A stretch of 64,000 bases of DNA from Candidatus Xenobia bacterium (GTDB lineage Bacteria > Vulcanimicrobiota > Xenobia > Xenobiales > QWHO01), in NCBI GenBank assembly GCA_045863235.1, contig BTUM01000001.1, positions 96,001 through 160,000 of the forward strand, in the 5' to 3' direction. Positions 1 through 8,585 of this stretch are shown here, piece after piece (within the stretch, counting starts at the first letter, position 1; every line of letters starts with the position of its first letter). A model generated the notes under the pieces. That model saw only the letters and a list, made by a program, of their open reading frames with translations. It was not told where the DNA came from and did not search any database. Both the position numbers and the translations under genes were made by a program.

Positions 1-1881
1 GGTCAACAGCTCCAGGACCTCAGGCGAGGGTTCCAGCCGGATTTCCCGTTGCTCCAGCCCCGTCAGCCCCGCCTGGCGAAGGCTCTCGGCTCCCAGGTTG
101 CTGGTCATGACCAGCACTGCGCTGCGAAACCAGGTGGGGCGCCCGAAGGCATCGGTCAGACAGCCCTCGTCCATCACTCGCAGCAGGACGTCAAAGACCT
201 CGGGATGGGCCTTCTCGATTTCGTCCAGCAGCACCACCGAGAAGGGCTGTCGGCGCAGCTCGCGCACCAGCCGGGAAGGCTGGCCCGACAGGTGGCCCAG
301 CAGGCGCTCGGCTGCCTGGCTGCCCGCGTACTCGCTCATGTCCAGGCGCACCAACCGGTCTTCCCCGGAGGCTCCGAAGAAGGTTCGGGCCAGGGTACGG
401 GCCAGCTCGGTCTTGCCCACCCCGGTCGGGCCGCAGAAGAGCAAGACTCCCAGAGGACGCTCAGGGTCGTTCATGGAGGCTTTGAAGGTGGTGACCAGGT
501 CGGCCGCCACCCGGCAGGCGGCCGGTTGGCCCACCACCTGAGACTCGAGATCGGCCAGCACAGCATCGGCCCCCAGCGGCAGATCGTCACGCAGGAAGAC
601 CTCGGGCAGCCCTGTGCGCTGGCTGAAGTGGCGCAGCACCGCGGCCCGATCCACCCGGGGGTTGTTCTCGGCCAGCTCGCGCATGAAGGTCGCTCCGGCG
701 CCCGGAAAGGCTCGGTAGGGAGCAAAGCGAGCGAAGACCCGGTAAACCTCATGCTCCACTCCCGGGTCGAAAGCCACCCGGGTCTGTTGTTCGAGCAAGC
801 CGGCCACCTGCTGCAGCACTTCAATGGCCTCCGAGGTATTGAAGGCTGGCACCGGGAGCACCTGAAACAGGTCCACCAGCCCCGGCAGCAGCCGGCGGCA
901 CGCCTCCAGCTCCTCGGGACTGGCTTCGGCAACCAGTTGGAGCTCGCCGCGCTCGAGGTAGGGGGCCAGGAAGGCGGCGACGCTGCTGGTGGGCTGAGCT
1001 CCGCCGACACGCACCAGCTCGAGCAAGTTCTCCACGCACAAAACCCCCTGGCAGCGGGTCAGATCGACGATCAATGCCTCGCAGCGCTCCTCCCACTGGC
1101 CCAGGTAGCTCATTCCGGCTACCATGCGCCCGGCCGAGGTAAGCCAGAGCGAGAGCTTGCGGCGGCGGCGAGCAGCTTCCAGCACTACGGCTGTCTTGCC
1201 CGCTCCCGAGGGGCCCACCAGCAGCACGCTGGCTTGCTGGTCGCTCAGGCGCTGGTCCAATTCGTCCACCACGGTCTCCCGGCCGTAGGCCCGCGAAACG
1301 CGGTTCTTGAAGCTGGTGGGTCCGAGGCGGTCGGCCACGGCCTCCAGGGCCTGGCTGCCCGGTTCAGGGGTTTTGGGCGCGGTCCGGCGGACCCGAACCC
1401 CGATCCGGGCCAGCTCGACCCGAGGCGGGGGAACGTGGCTCAGCAGCTGGCCGGGCGTCTGGCCTGCCAGCCGGTCTTGCACATAGTGCTGGACCAACTC
1501 TTTCAGGTCGCGCCCTTCCTGGTAGAGAAATTGGAGCTCCAGAGTGGGAAGTATGGCCATCCACAGGCCGCTTTCGTGGGGGCCGGTGAGACACGGGAAG
1601 CGGAACTCGAGTGGGGGCTCGACCGGGAAGACGCGGCCCTCCAGCTGGTATTCGGCCCTCAGTTTGACTGCCACGCTGATCACGCTGAGCTGGTCGAGCT
1701 CCGGGCCGGGCAGCCAGGGCTGGCTGCGGTGCAGGAAGGTCAGGTAGTCCTGCAACTCGTTCAGGGCTTCAGCCAGGGTGGCCCGCACGGCCACCACCCC
1801 GGGCTCTTCAGCCAGCACTGCCGTGACCATCCCGCTCGGATGGGTCCAGGTGGCGGCCGGATAGTGGTAGACGTGGGCCAT
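1..1881 (-). CDS. ClpA/ClpB-like double-AAA+ ATPase, paralog 2 (3' end outside window)
   Basis: Not in the ORF track (no stop in window). Manual translation from ATG 1881 (MAHVYHYPAATW...) shows Walker A GPSGAGKT and GPTGVGKT, Walker B VLLDEIEKAH, and MTSNLG. The ATG overlaps the upstream stop (TGATG). Confidence 0.85.
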   Translation of the reverse strand, partial: MAHVYHYPAATWTHPSGMVTAVLAEEPGVVAVRATLAEALNELQDYLTFLHRSQPWLPGPELDQLSVISVAVKLRAEYQLEGRVFPVEPPLEFRFPCLTGPHESGLWMAILPTLELQFLYQEGRDLKELVQHYVQDRLAGQTPGQLLSHVPPPRVELARIGVRVRRTAPKTPEPGSQALEAVADRLGPTSFKNRVSRAYGRETVVDELDQRLSDQQASVLLVGPSGAGKTAVVLEAARRRRKLSLWLTSAGRMVAGMSYLGQWEERCEALIVDLTRCQGVLCVENLLELVRVGGAQPTSSVAAFLAPYLERGELQLVAEASPEELEACRRLLPGLVDLFQVLPVPAFNTSEAIEVLQQVAGLLEQQTRVAFDPGVEHEVYRVFARFAPYRAFPGAGATFMRELAENNPRVDRAAVLRHFSQRTGLPEVFLRDDLPLGADAVLADLESQVVGQPAACRVAADLVTTFKASMNDPERPLGVLLFCGPTGVGKTELARTLARTFFGASGEDRLVRLDMSEYAGSQAAERLLGHLSGQPSRLVRELRRQPFSVVLLDEIEKAHPEVFDVLLRVMDEGCLTDAFGRPTWFRSAVLVMTSNLGAESLRQAGLTGLEQREIRLEPSPEVLELLT

Positions 1882-4841
1882 CAGGTCAACTCCAGCGGCA
1901 GTCCGGCCAGCCAGAAATGCCTCCAGGCATCCAAGCCCGGGGAGCCCGGATGGAACAGACCGGTGGCCATGTCAAGAACTCCGGAGGAGGAATAGAGGCG
2001 CACCACGCGGGCCGAGGAACCGACGCGCGTGGGAGCGATCCCCTCGGGCCCGACGAACAGGTGCAGCCCCGGCTCTCCCTCCAAAAGAGGGGTGTTGCCC
2101 ACCTCCAGCCGCCCGGGGCCCAGGCGGCGCACCTCTTCGAGCTGGAGGTAGATCTTTTCCAGCATGTCCGCCCGGGGCCCGGTCAGCTCGAGATGGGTGG
2201 TCTGGCGAGGGCGCCCCACCTGGGCGATCAGCGCGGCGGTGGCGCGTCGGTCGCGCTCCAGAGCGAGTTGTTCACGTTCCTTGAGGGGAGGCAGGCTTTG
2301 ATTCAGCTCCTCCAGGGCCGTCAACAGGTCGCTGCGGCGCCACAGACTCTCCACCTCCTCCTGGCTCAGCTCGGCCATGGGAGGCAGCTTGCGCTTGCCC
2401 GGGCGGCGAAGCTTGGCCTCCAGCGCCCGCTGGAGATCCTGCAACTCGAAGTAGAGCAAAGCCTGCTCGTCCAGGTCCTCCTGGGAAACCCGGCCGGCCG
2501 GCCCGAGGCTGGCCAGACGGGCTCTGGTGGCCTCCAGGAGGGGCTCCAGCGAGCCGGTTGGCTGACGCCGGGGAGCCACCAGAGTGAGGGCCTCCACCTC
2601 GATCTCCAGCTCGGGGCCGAGCCGCACGGATGTCGGGAGGTCGGGCGGCATTCCGGCCAGCCGGCGAGCCACCGGAGCGGCTACCTCGCGCTCGAGACTC
2701 CGTTTGAGGGCACGCGCCCCCAGGCGGGGGTCGAAACCCATATCCACAATGCGCTCGCGAGCCAGGGGATGGACCTCGAGCAGGCACTGGCGGCGCACCA
2801 GTCCGTCGCGGTTGAGCAATCGTTGCAGCAGTCGCTCGGACAGCCGCGCCAGGTCGGCTCGCTCCAGATGATCGAAGGCGATGACCTGGTCGATGCGATT
2901 GAACAGCTCGGGAGGAAAATAATCGCGCACGGCTTTGAGGTAGGTCAACTCCTCCTGCTCGGCCTGGTTGCGCAGCCCCAGACTCCGCGAGACCTCGCGA
3001 GCCCCCAGGTTGGAGGTCATGATCAGGATGGCCTGGGTGAAATCGGCCGTGCGTCCGAGGGCGTCGGTGAGCCGCCCGTCTCCCAGGATCTGGAGCAGCA
3101 GGTTGAGAGCGTCGGGATGGGCCTTCTCGACCTCGTCCAGGAGGACGACCGAGAAGGGTTGTCGGCGCAGGGCTGCCGTCAGGAGGCCGTCCGGATGACC
3201 GCCGCTCCCCACCAGTCGGGCCACCGAGTCATGGCCGACGAACTCATTCATGTCAAAGCGCACCAGCCGGTCCTCGTGGCCGTACAGAGTGGCGGCCAGG
3301 GCTCGGGCGCACTCGGTTTTCCCCACCCCGGTCGGTCCCACGAAGAGGAGGCCGGCCACCGGTCGGCGCGGGTCGGTCAGACGAGCCTTGAAGACCGAGA
3401 TGGTGTCGGCCAGCGCATCCAGGGCCCGCGGTTGGCCGACGACGCGCTCGCCCAGCCAGGCACGAGCCTGGGAGCGGGTCAGTCGGGTGCCGGTGTCCAG
3501 GAGGGCCAGCGAGAGCCCACTGCGTTGGGAGAACTGCTCCAGCACCTGCTGGCGGTCAATCGTCTGGCCGCGGAAGCGCGCCCCGAGCTGGCGTGCCATT
3601 CGGGCGGCCTTACCCGGTCGGGCTGCGTCGGTGAGGTAGCGGGTGCTCAGCTCCTCGACCTCCAGAACGGCTCGAGAGGTGAAGATGCAGCGCTGGGTCT
3701 CTTCGGTCTTGCGCACGGTCTCCAGCAGCACCCGCATGGCGGTGCGCGGGGCCATCTCATCCAGACGCACGACCTCGAAACGGTCGGCCAGGGCTCGGTC
3801 TTTCTCCTGAAGCACGGCCAGGGCCTCGGGAGTGAGCTCGGCCAGCAGCCTGAGCTCCTGGCGCTCGAGGAAGGACTTGAGCACCTCCGAGGCGGGCATC
3901 TGGGCATCGCGCGAGAGGCCCGCCGTCAGCCAGGCGAGCAGGTCGTCGAGCACCAGCACCACATTTTTCTCGCGTACGTAGCGGAGAATCTTGATCAGCC
4001 GGCTCTCCCACTGGCCCAGGTAGCTCATCCCCGAGATCAGGCGTTGGGGAGAAAGCTGCCAGTAGCGAGAGCGGCGCCGATTATCGCGGCGAATCTGCTC
4101 ATGAATCAAGGTGGTCTTGCCCACCAGGCGGGGGCCGACCACCACCACGGCCGCCCGTTGGGGTCGGCTCAGCAGTGTTTCCAGGCGCTCGAGCTCAGGA
4201 CCGCGTTCCAGGCAGCGCTCCAGGTCGTCTGGAGTCCAGCTCAGACAGCGCCCTACCTTAGCCAGCTCTTCGCGCCCGCTGGCCAGGTCCCGTCCCCCCA
4301 GGAGGGCCATCAGGCCAGGTTTCTTCGGCCGCGGCGAGGCGCCCGGGGGGTCGAGCTGGAGCTCCAGGACCTCGATCCAGGCTCGCTCGAGCACCGAGAG
4401 GACTTCGGGCTGGAGATCCTGGTTGGGCTTGCGGCGCAAGAATTGGCGCAGCACCTCGGTGGTGCGCGCGGCCAGGTCCTGACCGCGCTCGACTTCGAAC
4501 CACTCCTCCGGCAGCGAAGGGCTGAAGGCCAGGCGCCGGCCCAGAGCGCGGAAGGTGACCACCAGCAGGCGAACCCTGGCGGTCCGTTTCTTGTGCTCGA
4601 AGCGCAGCTCGAGCAGATTCTGGTCGAGCTCGGGACAATAGCTGTAACGGGCCAGCTCTTCATTGCGGTCCAGGCGGCTGAGGGCGTCGAGGTGGCTGCG
4701 CAGGCTCTGAATCAACCGGGAGCGGGCCTGATGCAGGAGCCTGGAGTGCTCCTCGGGGCGAGCGAAAAAGAGAGGACGAACACGGTACTCCGGCTGTTTG
4801 CCGCCCTGGCCCTGAATGTAGAGGGGAATTTCAAAACGCAA
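1881..4841 (-). CDS. ClpA/ClpB-like double-AAA+ ATPase, paralog 1
   Basis: Walker A GPRLVGKT and GPTGVGKT, RFDMNEF, VLLDEVEKAH, FPPELFNRID, GARAL; no canonical Clp N-domain. Confidence 0.88.
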   Translation of the reverse strand: MRFEIPLYIQGQGGKQPEYRVRPLFFARPEEHSRLLHQARSRLIQSLRSHLDALSRLDRNEELARYSYCPELDQNLLELRFEHKKRTARVRLLVVTFRALGRRLAFSPSLPEEWFEVERGQDLAARTTEVLRQFLRRKPNQDLQPEVLSVLERAWIEVLELQLDPPGASPRPKKPGLMALLGGRDLASGREELAKVGRCLSWTPDDLERCLERGPELERLETLLSRPQRAAVVVVGPRLVGKTTLIHEQIRRDNRRRSRYWQLSPQRLISGMSYLGQWESRLIKILRYVREKNVVLVLDDLLAWLTAGLSRDAQMPASEVLKSFLERQELRLLAELTPEALAVLQEKDRALADRFEVVRLDEMAPRTAMRVLLETVRKTEETQRCIFTSRAVLEVEELSTRYLTDAARPGKAARMARQLGARFRGQTIDRQQVLEQFSQRSGLSLALLDTGTRLTRSQARAWLGERVVGQPRALDALADTISVFKARLTDPRRPVAGLLFVGPTGVGKTECARALAATLYGHEDRLVRFDMNEFVGHDSVARLVGSGGHPDGLLTAALRRQPFSVVLLDEVEKAHPDALNLLLQILGDGRLTDALGRTADFTQAILIMTSNLGAREVSRSLGLRNQAEQEELTYLKAVRDYFPPELFNRIDQVIAFDHLERADLARLSERLLQRLLNRDGLVRRQCLLEVHPLARERIVDMGFDPRLGARALKRSLEREVAAPVARRLAGMPPDLPTSVRLGPELEIEVEALTLVAPRRQPTGSLEPLLEATRARLASLGPAGRVSQEDLDEQALLYFELQDLQRALEAKLRRPGKRKLPPMAELSQEEVESLWRRSDLLTALEELNQSLPPLKEREQLALERDRRATAALIAQVGRPRQTTHLELTGPRADMLEKIYLQLEEVRRLGPGRLEVGNTPLLEGEPGLHLFVGPEGIAPTRVGSSARVVRLYSSSGVLDMATGLFHPGSPGLDAWRHFWLAGLPLELT

Positions 4842-4847
4842 GGTGGG

Positions 4848-7682
4848 TCAGCGCCAGTCTCCCATGAGAGTAAAGGGGGCCCAGTAGAAGGGATGGGCGT
4901 AACGTGGCTGCTCGAGCAGGCTCACCTGAGCCTGGCGCAGGGCCTGCCCCCGGCCCTGCCCGGCCTTGAGTCCTTGATAGAAGGTCAGCATCAACTCCCG
5001 AGTGGGCTGGTCGGCCACCTTCCACAGGCTGGCCACCAGGGTTGGGCTGCCCGCGTAGCTGAAGGCATCGGCCAGGCTGGCCAGCTCCGTGCCCACCCCC
5101 GGGCTCTTCTCGGCCAGGGCGGTGGAGCAGGCCGACAGGGTGACCACCCGGACCCCTTCCAGGTCGAGCCCGGCGATCTCACTGACAGTGAGCCGGTCGG
5201 AGCTCTTGCTGGTGGCCGCCACCAGGAGATAGCTCTGAAGCGGGTCACGGGTGTTCAGGATGCCGTGGGTGGCCAGGTGCACGTAGCCCGTTCCGGGGCT
5301 CAGACTTTGGAGGCGCTCGGAGGTTGCTTCCGGGCCCACCCAGACCTTGCTCTCGGGGAACAGCTCTTGCAGGCTGACCAGTTCCTGGCGTGCGGCCTTC
5401 AGGCTGCCATCGGGATCGCCCAGGGCGAGCAGGGACCCGCCCCCTTCACCAGGAGCCTGGTGCAATTGATCCAGGTCGCTGGCCTTGACCAGGGTCACCA
5501 CCTCCATGCTCTGGATCAGGTAGCCCTGGCCGTAGGGCAGGGCCTGGAAGGGAAAGTAGCTGAGGGTCCCGGTGGGCACGAAGGCCACCACTTTCTTGCC
5601 CTTCAGGTCCTCGGCCAGAGGGTCGAGAAAGGAGCTCGAGAGAGACTTGAGGCAGGCCGTCAGAATCGGGTCGTCTTCCAGTTTGAAGGGCGTTTCACCA
5701 TCGGCGCTGCGCGAGAAGGCGCTAATCTGCTGGCGAAACTGGGAGACCAGGTTGGTCAGTTCTTCGCCCTTGACGTCCACTCGTCGCACCTTGAGGGCCT
5801 CGCGGGTGGCCACAAACAGGTAGAGGTGATTCTCCGAGGGGAACAGTTGCACCAGGAGGGTGCCCTCGGGGAGCGACTTTTGCACCTTGGAGAAGGTTTT
5901 GGGTCGAACCTGGAGGCGGCCGTAGGCCTGATCCTGGTCCTGGATCTCCTGGAGCACGCGGTAGTAGTCCTGCTTGGTGTCGGCCAGACGCGAAACGCCC
6001 GAGTTGGAGTAATTGAGGCTGGCGGCCTCCGTGGCCTGGAATCGGGTCTGGGCTTCGGTAGCCCGCAGCACAAGGGCCTCAGTCTCCTTCGAGCGCGGGG
6101 TCAGATCCTGCATGCCGAACTGGGAGGCAGAGTTGAGCTGGCGATAGCGGTCGAGCGTGTCGGCTGCCTCTTCCCCTCGTCCCGACTCGAGTTGCAGGCG
6201 GGTCAACAGCTCGTAGAGGTCGCGGGCGTCGCCGCGCAGGCGCTGGGCTGTTTCGGGGCCCCCGCCGACCTCGACGATGTAGGACTCCACCAGTCCTACC
6301 GCTTTCTCGAGCGTGGCGATGGCCTCAGGAGTCCGTTTCTGGTCGGCCAGCAGCCTCCCTTTGAGGGTCAGAGCGCGCACCAGCCCGGGTCGATAGCCGA
6401 TGCTCTCCAGGGAGGGCAGCATTCGCTGGAGCAGCAACTGAGCCTGCTCCAGCCAGCCCTGGGGACGGGTGGTGGTCAAAGTGGACAGGCGGTCGAAGTC
6501 GAGCTCGAGCCTGAGGGCCCGATTCTCGGAATACTCCATGGCTTGCGAGGCCACGGCCATCTGGCGTTGGATCTCGGCCAGCTGCTCGGGGTCGGCCTGG
6601 CCGTTCTCGAGCTCCTGCACGAGCTGGCGCACGATCAGCTGGTGTACGCGACCTTTGATGAAGGCCAGGTCACCCTTGAGGAAGGTGAATTCGGAGAGCA
6701 GGGGCAGGTTCTTCTTCAGGCCGTTCTCCATGGTGCTCAGCTCGTCGTACATCCCGTCGATCTGCCCGGCCAACAGGTAATACTGCTTGCGCACCTCGGG
6801 CCCGGCCTCGGGGCTGGCTCGGCTGAGCAGCTCCAGCCCGTTCATGCCCGATTCCATGACGGCCACCGGGCCTTGCAGGTTCAGCTCTCGCAGGAACTCC
6901 ACCGGCGGCTTGTCGGGCTGTTCGTACAGGAACGTCTTCTGCAACTGGTCCAGATCGGGCTCGAACCAGGAGATCGCGCTCTCCAGCCCGTTGACGGCCA
7001 GGGCGTTCTGCCACCAGAAAAGGACTGCCTCAGGCAACACTCGCGCCTCGATCAGGGAGTTGCGCAAGAAATCCGGGTCGACGACCAGCCCCCGCATGCT
7101 GCTCCAGGCTTGCTCGTGGGCGGCGTTCAGCTCGGCGCTCGAAGGGAGCTTGAGCCGGAAGCGTCGTTCGGCCTCCATGGTCTCGATCAAAAAGAGGGTC
7201 ACGCGACCGGTTGCGGTGCTGTTGGCCCGAGCCAGCTCCAGGGCTCGCGGCAAGTGCTCTTGCAGGACCCCGGGTCGGCCTGAGGTTCGGGCGGCCTGCA
7301 GCAAGATCAAGGTCAGGCTGAGCTCGCGGTCGGCTCGACCGGCTTTACGGGCTCGCTGGATGGCCCTGGGGGCGTCGGTCAAAACCCTGTCGAATCGACC
7401 CTGTCCCAGCGCCTCGATGAGCGGGGCCAGAGCCAGCTCGCCCCGCAGAAGATCCCACCCTTCGGGGACGCCAGTCCGGGCCAAGCGCTTCTCGTTGACG
7501 GCGATCAGCTGGTCGGCAGCCTGAAAGCTGCCCAGTCTCAGGCTGATGAAGGCCAGAGAGGTGAGCATCTCGCTCACTTCCAGAGGAGAGTGCTTGGCCT
7601 CCATTTCGTCCCAGGTGGCCTGGGCCCACCCGGGCGCCAGCAGGACCAGTGTCAGGGAGAGGCAGAGAACGACCTTGCGCAT
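4848..7682 (-). CDS. Exported TPR/helical-repeat CHAT (caspase-like) domain protein
   Basis: Signal-peptide-like MRKVVLCLSLTLVLLAPGWAQA from ATG 7682; CHAT motifs HLATHG, LSAC, SLWKV, HPFYWAPF. Confidence 0.88.
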   Translation of the reverse strand: MRKVVLCLSLTLVLLAPGWAQATWDEMEAKHSPLEVSEMLTSLAFISLRLGSFQAADQLIAVNEKRLARTGVPEGWDLLRGELALAPLIEALGQGRFDRVLTDAPRAIQRARKAGRADRELSLTLILLQAARTSGRPGVLQEHLPRALELARANSTATGRVTLFLIETMEAERRFRLKLPSSAELNAAHEQAWSSMRGLVVDPDFLRNSLIEARVLPEAVLFWWQNALAVNGLESAISWFEPDLDQLQKTFLYEQPDKPPVEFLRELNLQGPVAVMESGMNGLELLSRASPEAGPEVRKQYYLLAGQIDGMYDELSTMENGLKKNLPLLSEFTFLKGDLAFIKGRVHQLIVRQLVQELENGQADPEQLAEIQRQMAVASQAMEYSENRALRLELDFDRLSTLTTTRPQGWLEQAQLLLQRMLPSLESIGYRPGLVRALTLKGRLLADQKRTPEAIATLEKAVGLVESYIVEVGGGPETAQRLRGDARDLYELLTRLQLESGRGEEAADTLDRYRQLNSASQFGMQDLTPRSKETEALVLRATEAQTRFQATEAASLNYSNSGVSRLADTKQDYYRVLQEIQDQDQAYGRLQVRPKTFSKVQKSLPEGTLLVQLFPSENHLYLFVATREALKVRRVDVKGEELTNLVSQFRQQISAFSRSADGETPFKLEDDPILTACLKSLSSSFLDPLAEDLKGKKVVAFVPTGTLSYFPFQALPYGQGYLIQSMEVVTLVKASDLDQLHQAPGEGGGSLLALGDPDGSLKAARQELVSLQELFPESKVWVGPEATSERLQSLSPGTGYVHLATHGILNTRDPLQSYLLVAATSKSSDRLTVSEIAGLDLEGVRVVTLSACSTALAEKSPGVGTELASLADAFSYAGSPTLVASLWKVADQPTRELMLTFYQGLKAGQGRGQALRQAQVSLLEQPRYAHPFYWAPFTLMGDWR

Positions 7683-7717
7683 GGGGCTGCATTCGCAAGC
7701 TCGGGGCGGCACTCCCC

Positions 7718-8164
7718 TCAGGGGCGATCTCGGGTTCCATCGGAGGCGGCTTTTGCTGACCCTCCGAACCGAAGGTTCGCCAGTGTCGCCGTATACAGAC
7801 AGGCCAGAGACACCAGGAAAGCTCCGCCCCAGAAGGAGATCGGAAGCAGATAGGCGGCGTTAGATCCATCCGTGACGATCAGGTAGACCCATTCGTCCAG
7901 CGCCAGCGACAATCCGCAGCCGAAGATCAGGCAGGCCAGGTCCGTGGTCCGGGATCGGTGGCTCCAGAGAATCAATGGCACGCCCCCGCTCACGACCAGC
8001 AGCAGCCCGGTGTAGAGGTGGTGGATGTTGTAGCCGGCCAGGTTGAAGTCGGCATCGGGCGAGATCCACATCATCACCCGGATGAAGGCGAAGGTGGAGA
8101 GCATGCTGGCCACCAAAAGTCTGGCTCGGTGAGGGGCTTGAGCTCCCCCGGCAGCAGAATCCAT
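7718..8164 (-). CDS. Small membrane protein of unknown function
   Basis: About 4 hydrophobic segments, IHHLYTG and LALDE motifs. Confidence 0.65.
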   Translation of the reverse strand: MDSAAGGAQAPHRARLLVASMLSTFAFIRVMMWISPDADFNLAGYNIHHLYTGLLLVVSGGVPLILWSHRSRTTDLACLIFGCGLSLALDEWVYLIVTDGSNAAYLLPISFWGGAFLVSLACLYTATLANLRFGGSAKAASDGTRDRP

Positions 8165-8201
8165 TGGAGCCAGGTTCGAGGACCAGCGGGCGCGGGCCTC
8201 T

Positions 8202-8585
8202 TCAGCTCCCCAGGGGGGCCCAGCGCAACAATTCGTTCTTGACCGGGTCGAGCGAGGCCGACTTTTGCACGTGGGAGTCCATGCCGGCGGCCAGACACTC
8301 GTCGCGATTGCACAGGCAGGTGTAGCCGATGATGGGCGTTCTTCGCGAGCCGTTCTCGAGAGCTCGAATGAGCAGGGTGGCTTCCAGGCCGTCCATGATG
8401 GGCATCTGGCAGTCCATCAGGACCGCGTCATAGCGCGATACCTGAAAGGCCGCCACGGCTTCCTGACCGTTGCTGGCTGTAACCACCGCGTAGCCCAGGG
8501 CGGTCAGGGCGCTCTGAAGCATTCGCCGGTTCATCGGTTGATCGTCCACCAGCAGAATGCAGGGAGGGGGCCCCTGGTTGTCCAT
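8202..8585 (-). CDS. Stand-alone response regulator receiver protein
   Basis: LLVDD, LMDCQMPIMDG, AGMD..K receiver motifs; AAGGAG Shine-Dalgarno upstream. Confidence 0.88.
   Translation of the reverse strand: MDNQGPPPCILLVDDQPMNRRMLQSALTALGYAVVTASNGQEAVAAFQVSRYDAVLMDCQMPIMDGLEATLLIRALENGSRRTPIIGYTCLCNRDECLAAGMDSHVQKSASLDPVKNELLRWAPLGS

Noticed and set aside
49..7283. Very long plus-strand ORFs (49-1995, 1917-7283)
   Set aside because: Antisense shadows of the AAA+ and CHAT genes, typical of high-GC DNA; no motifs.
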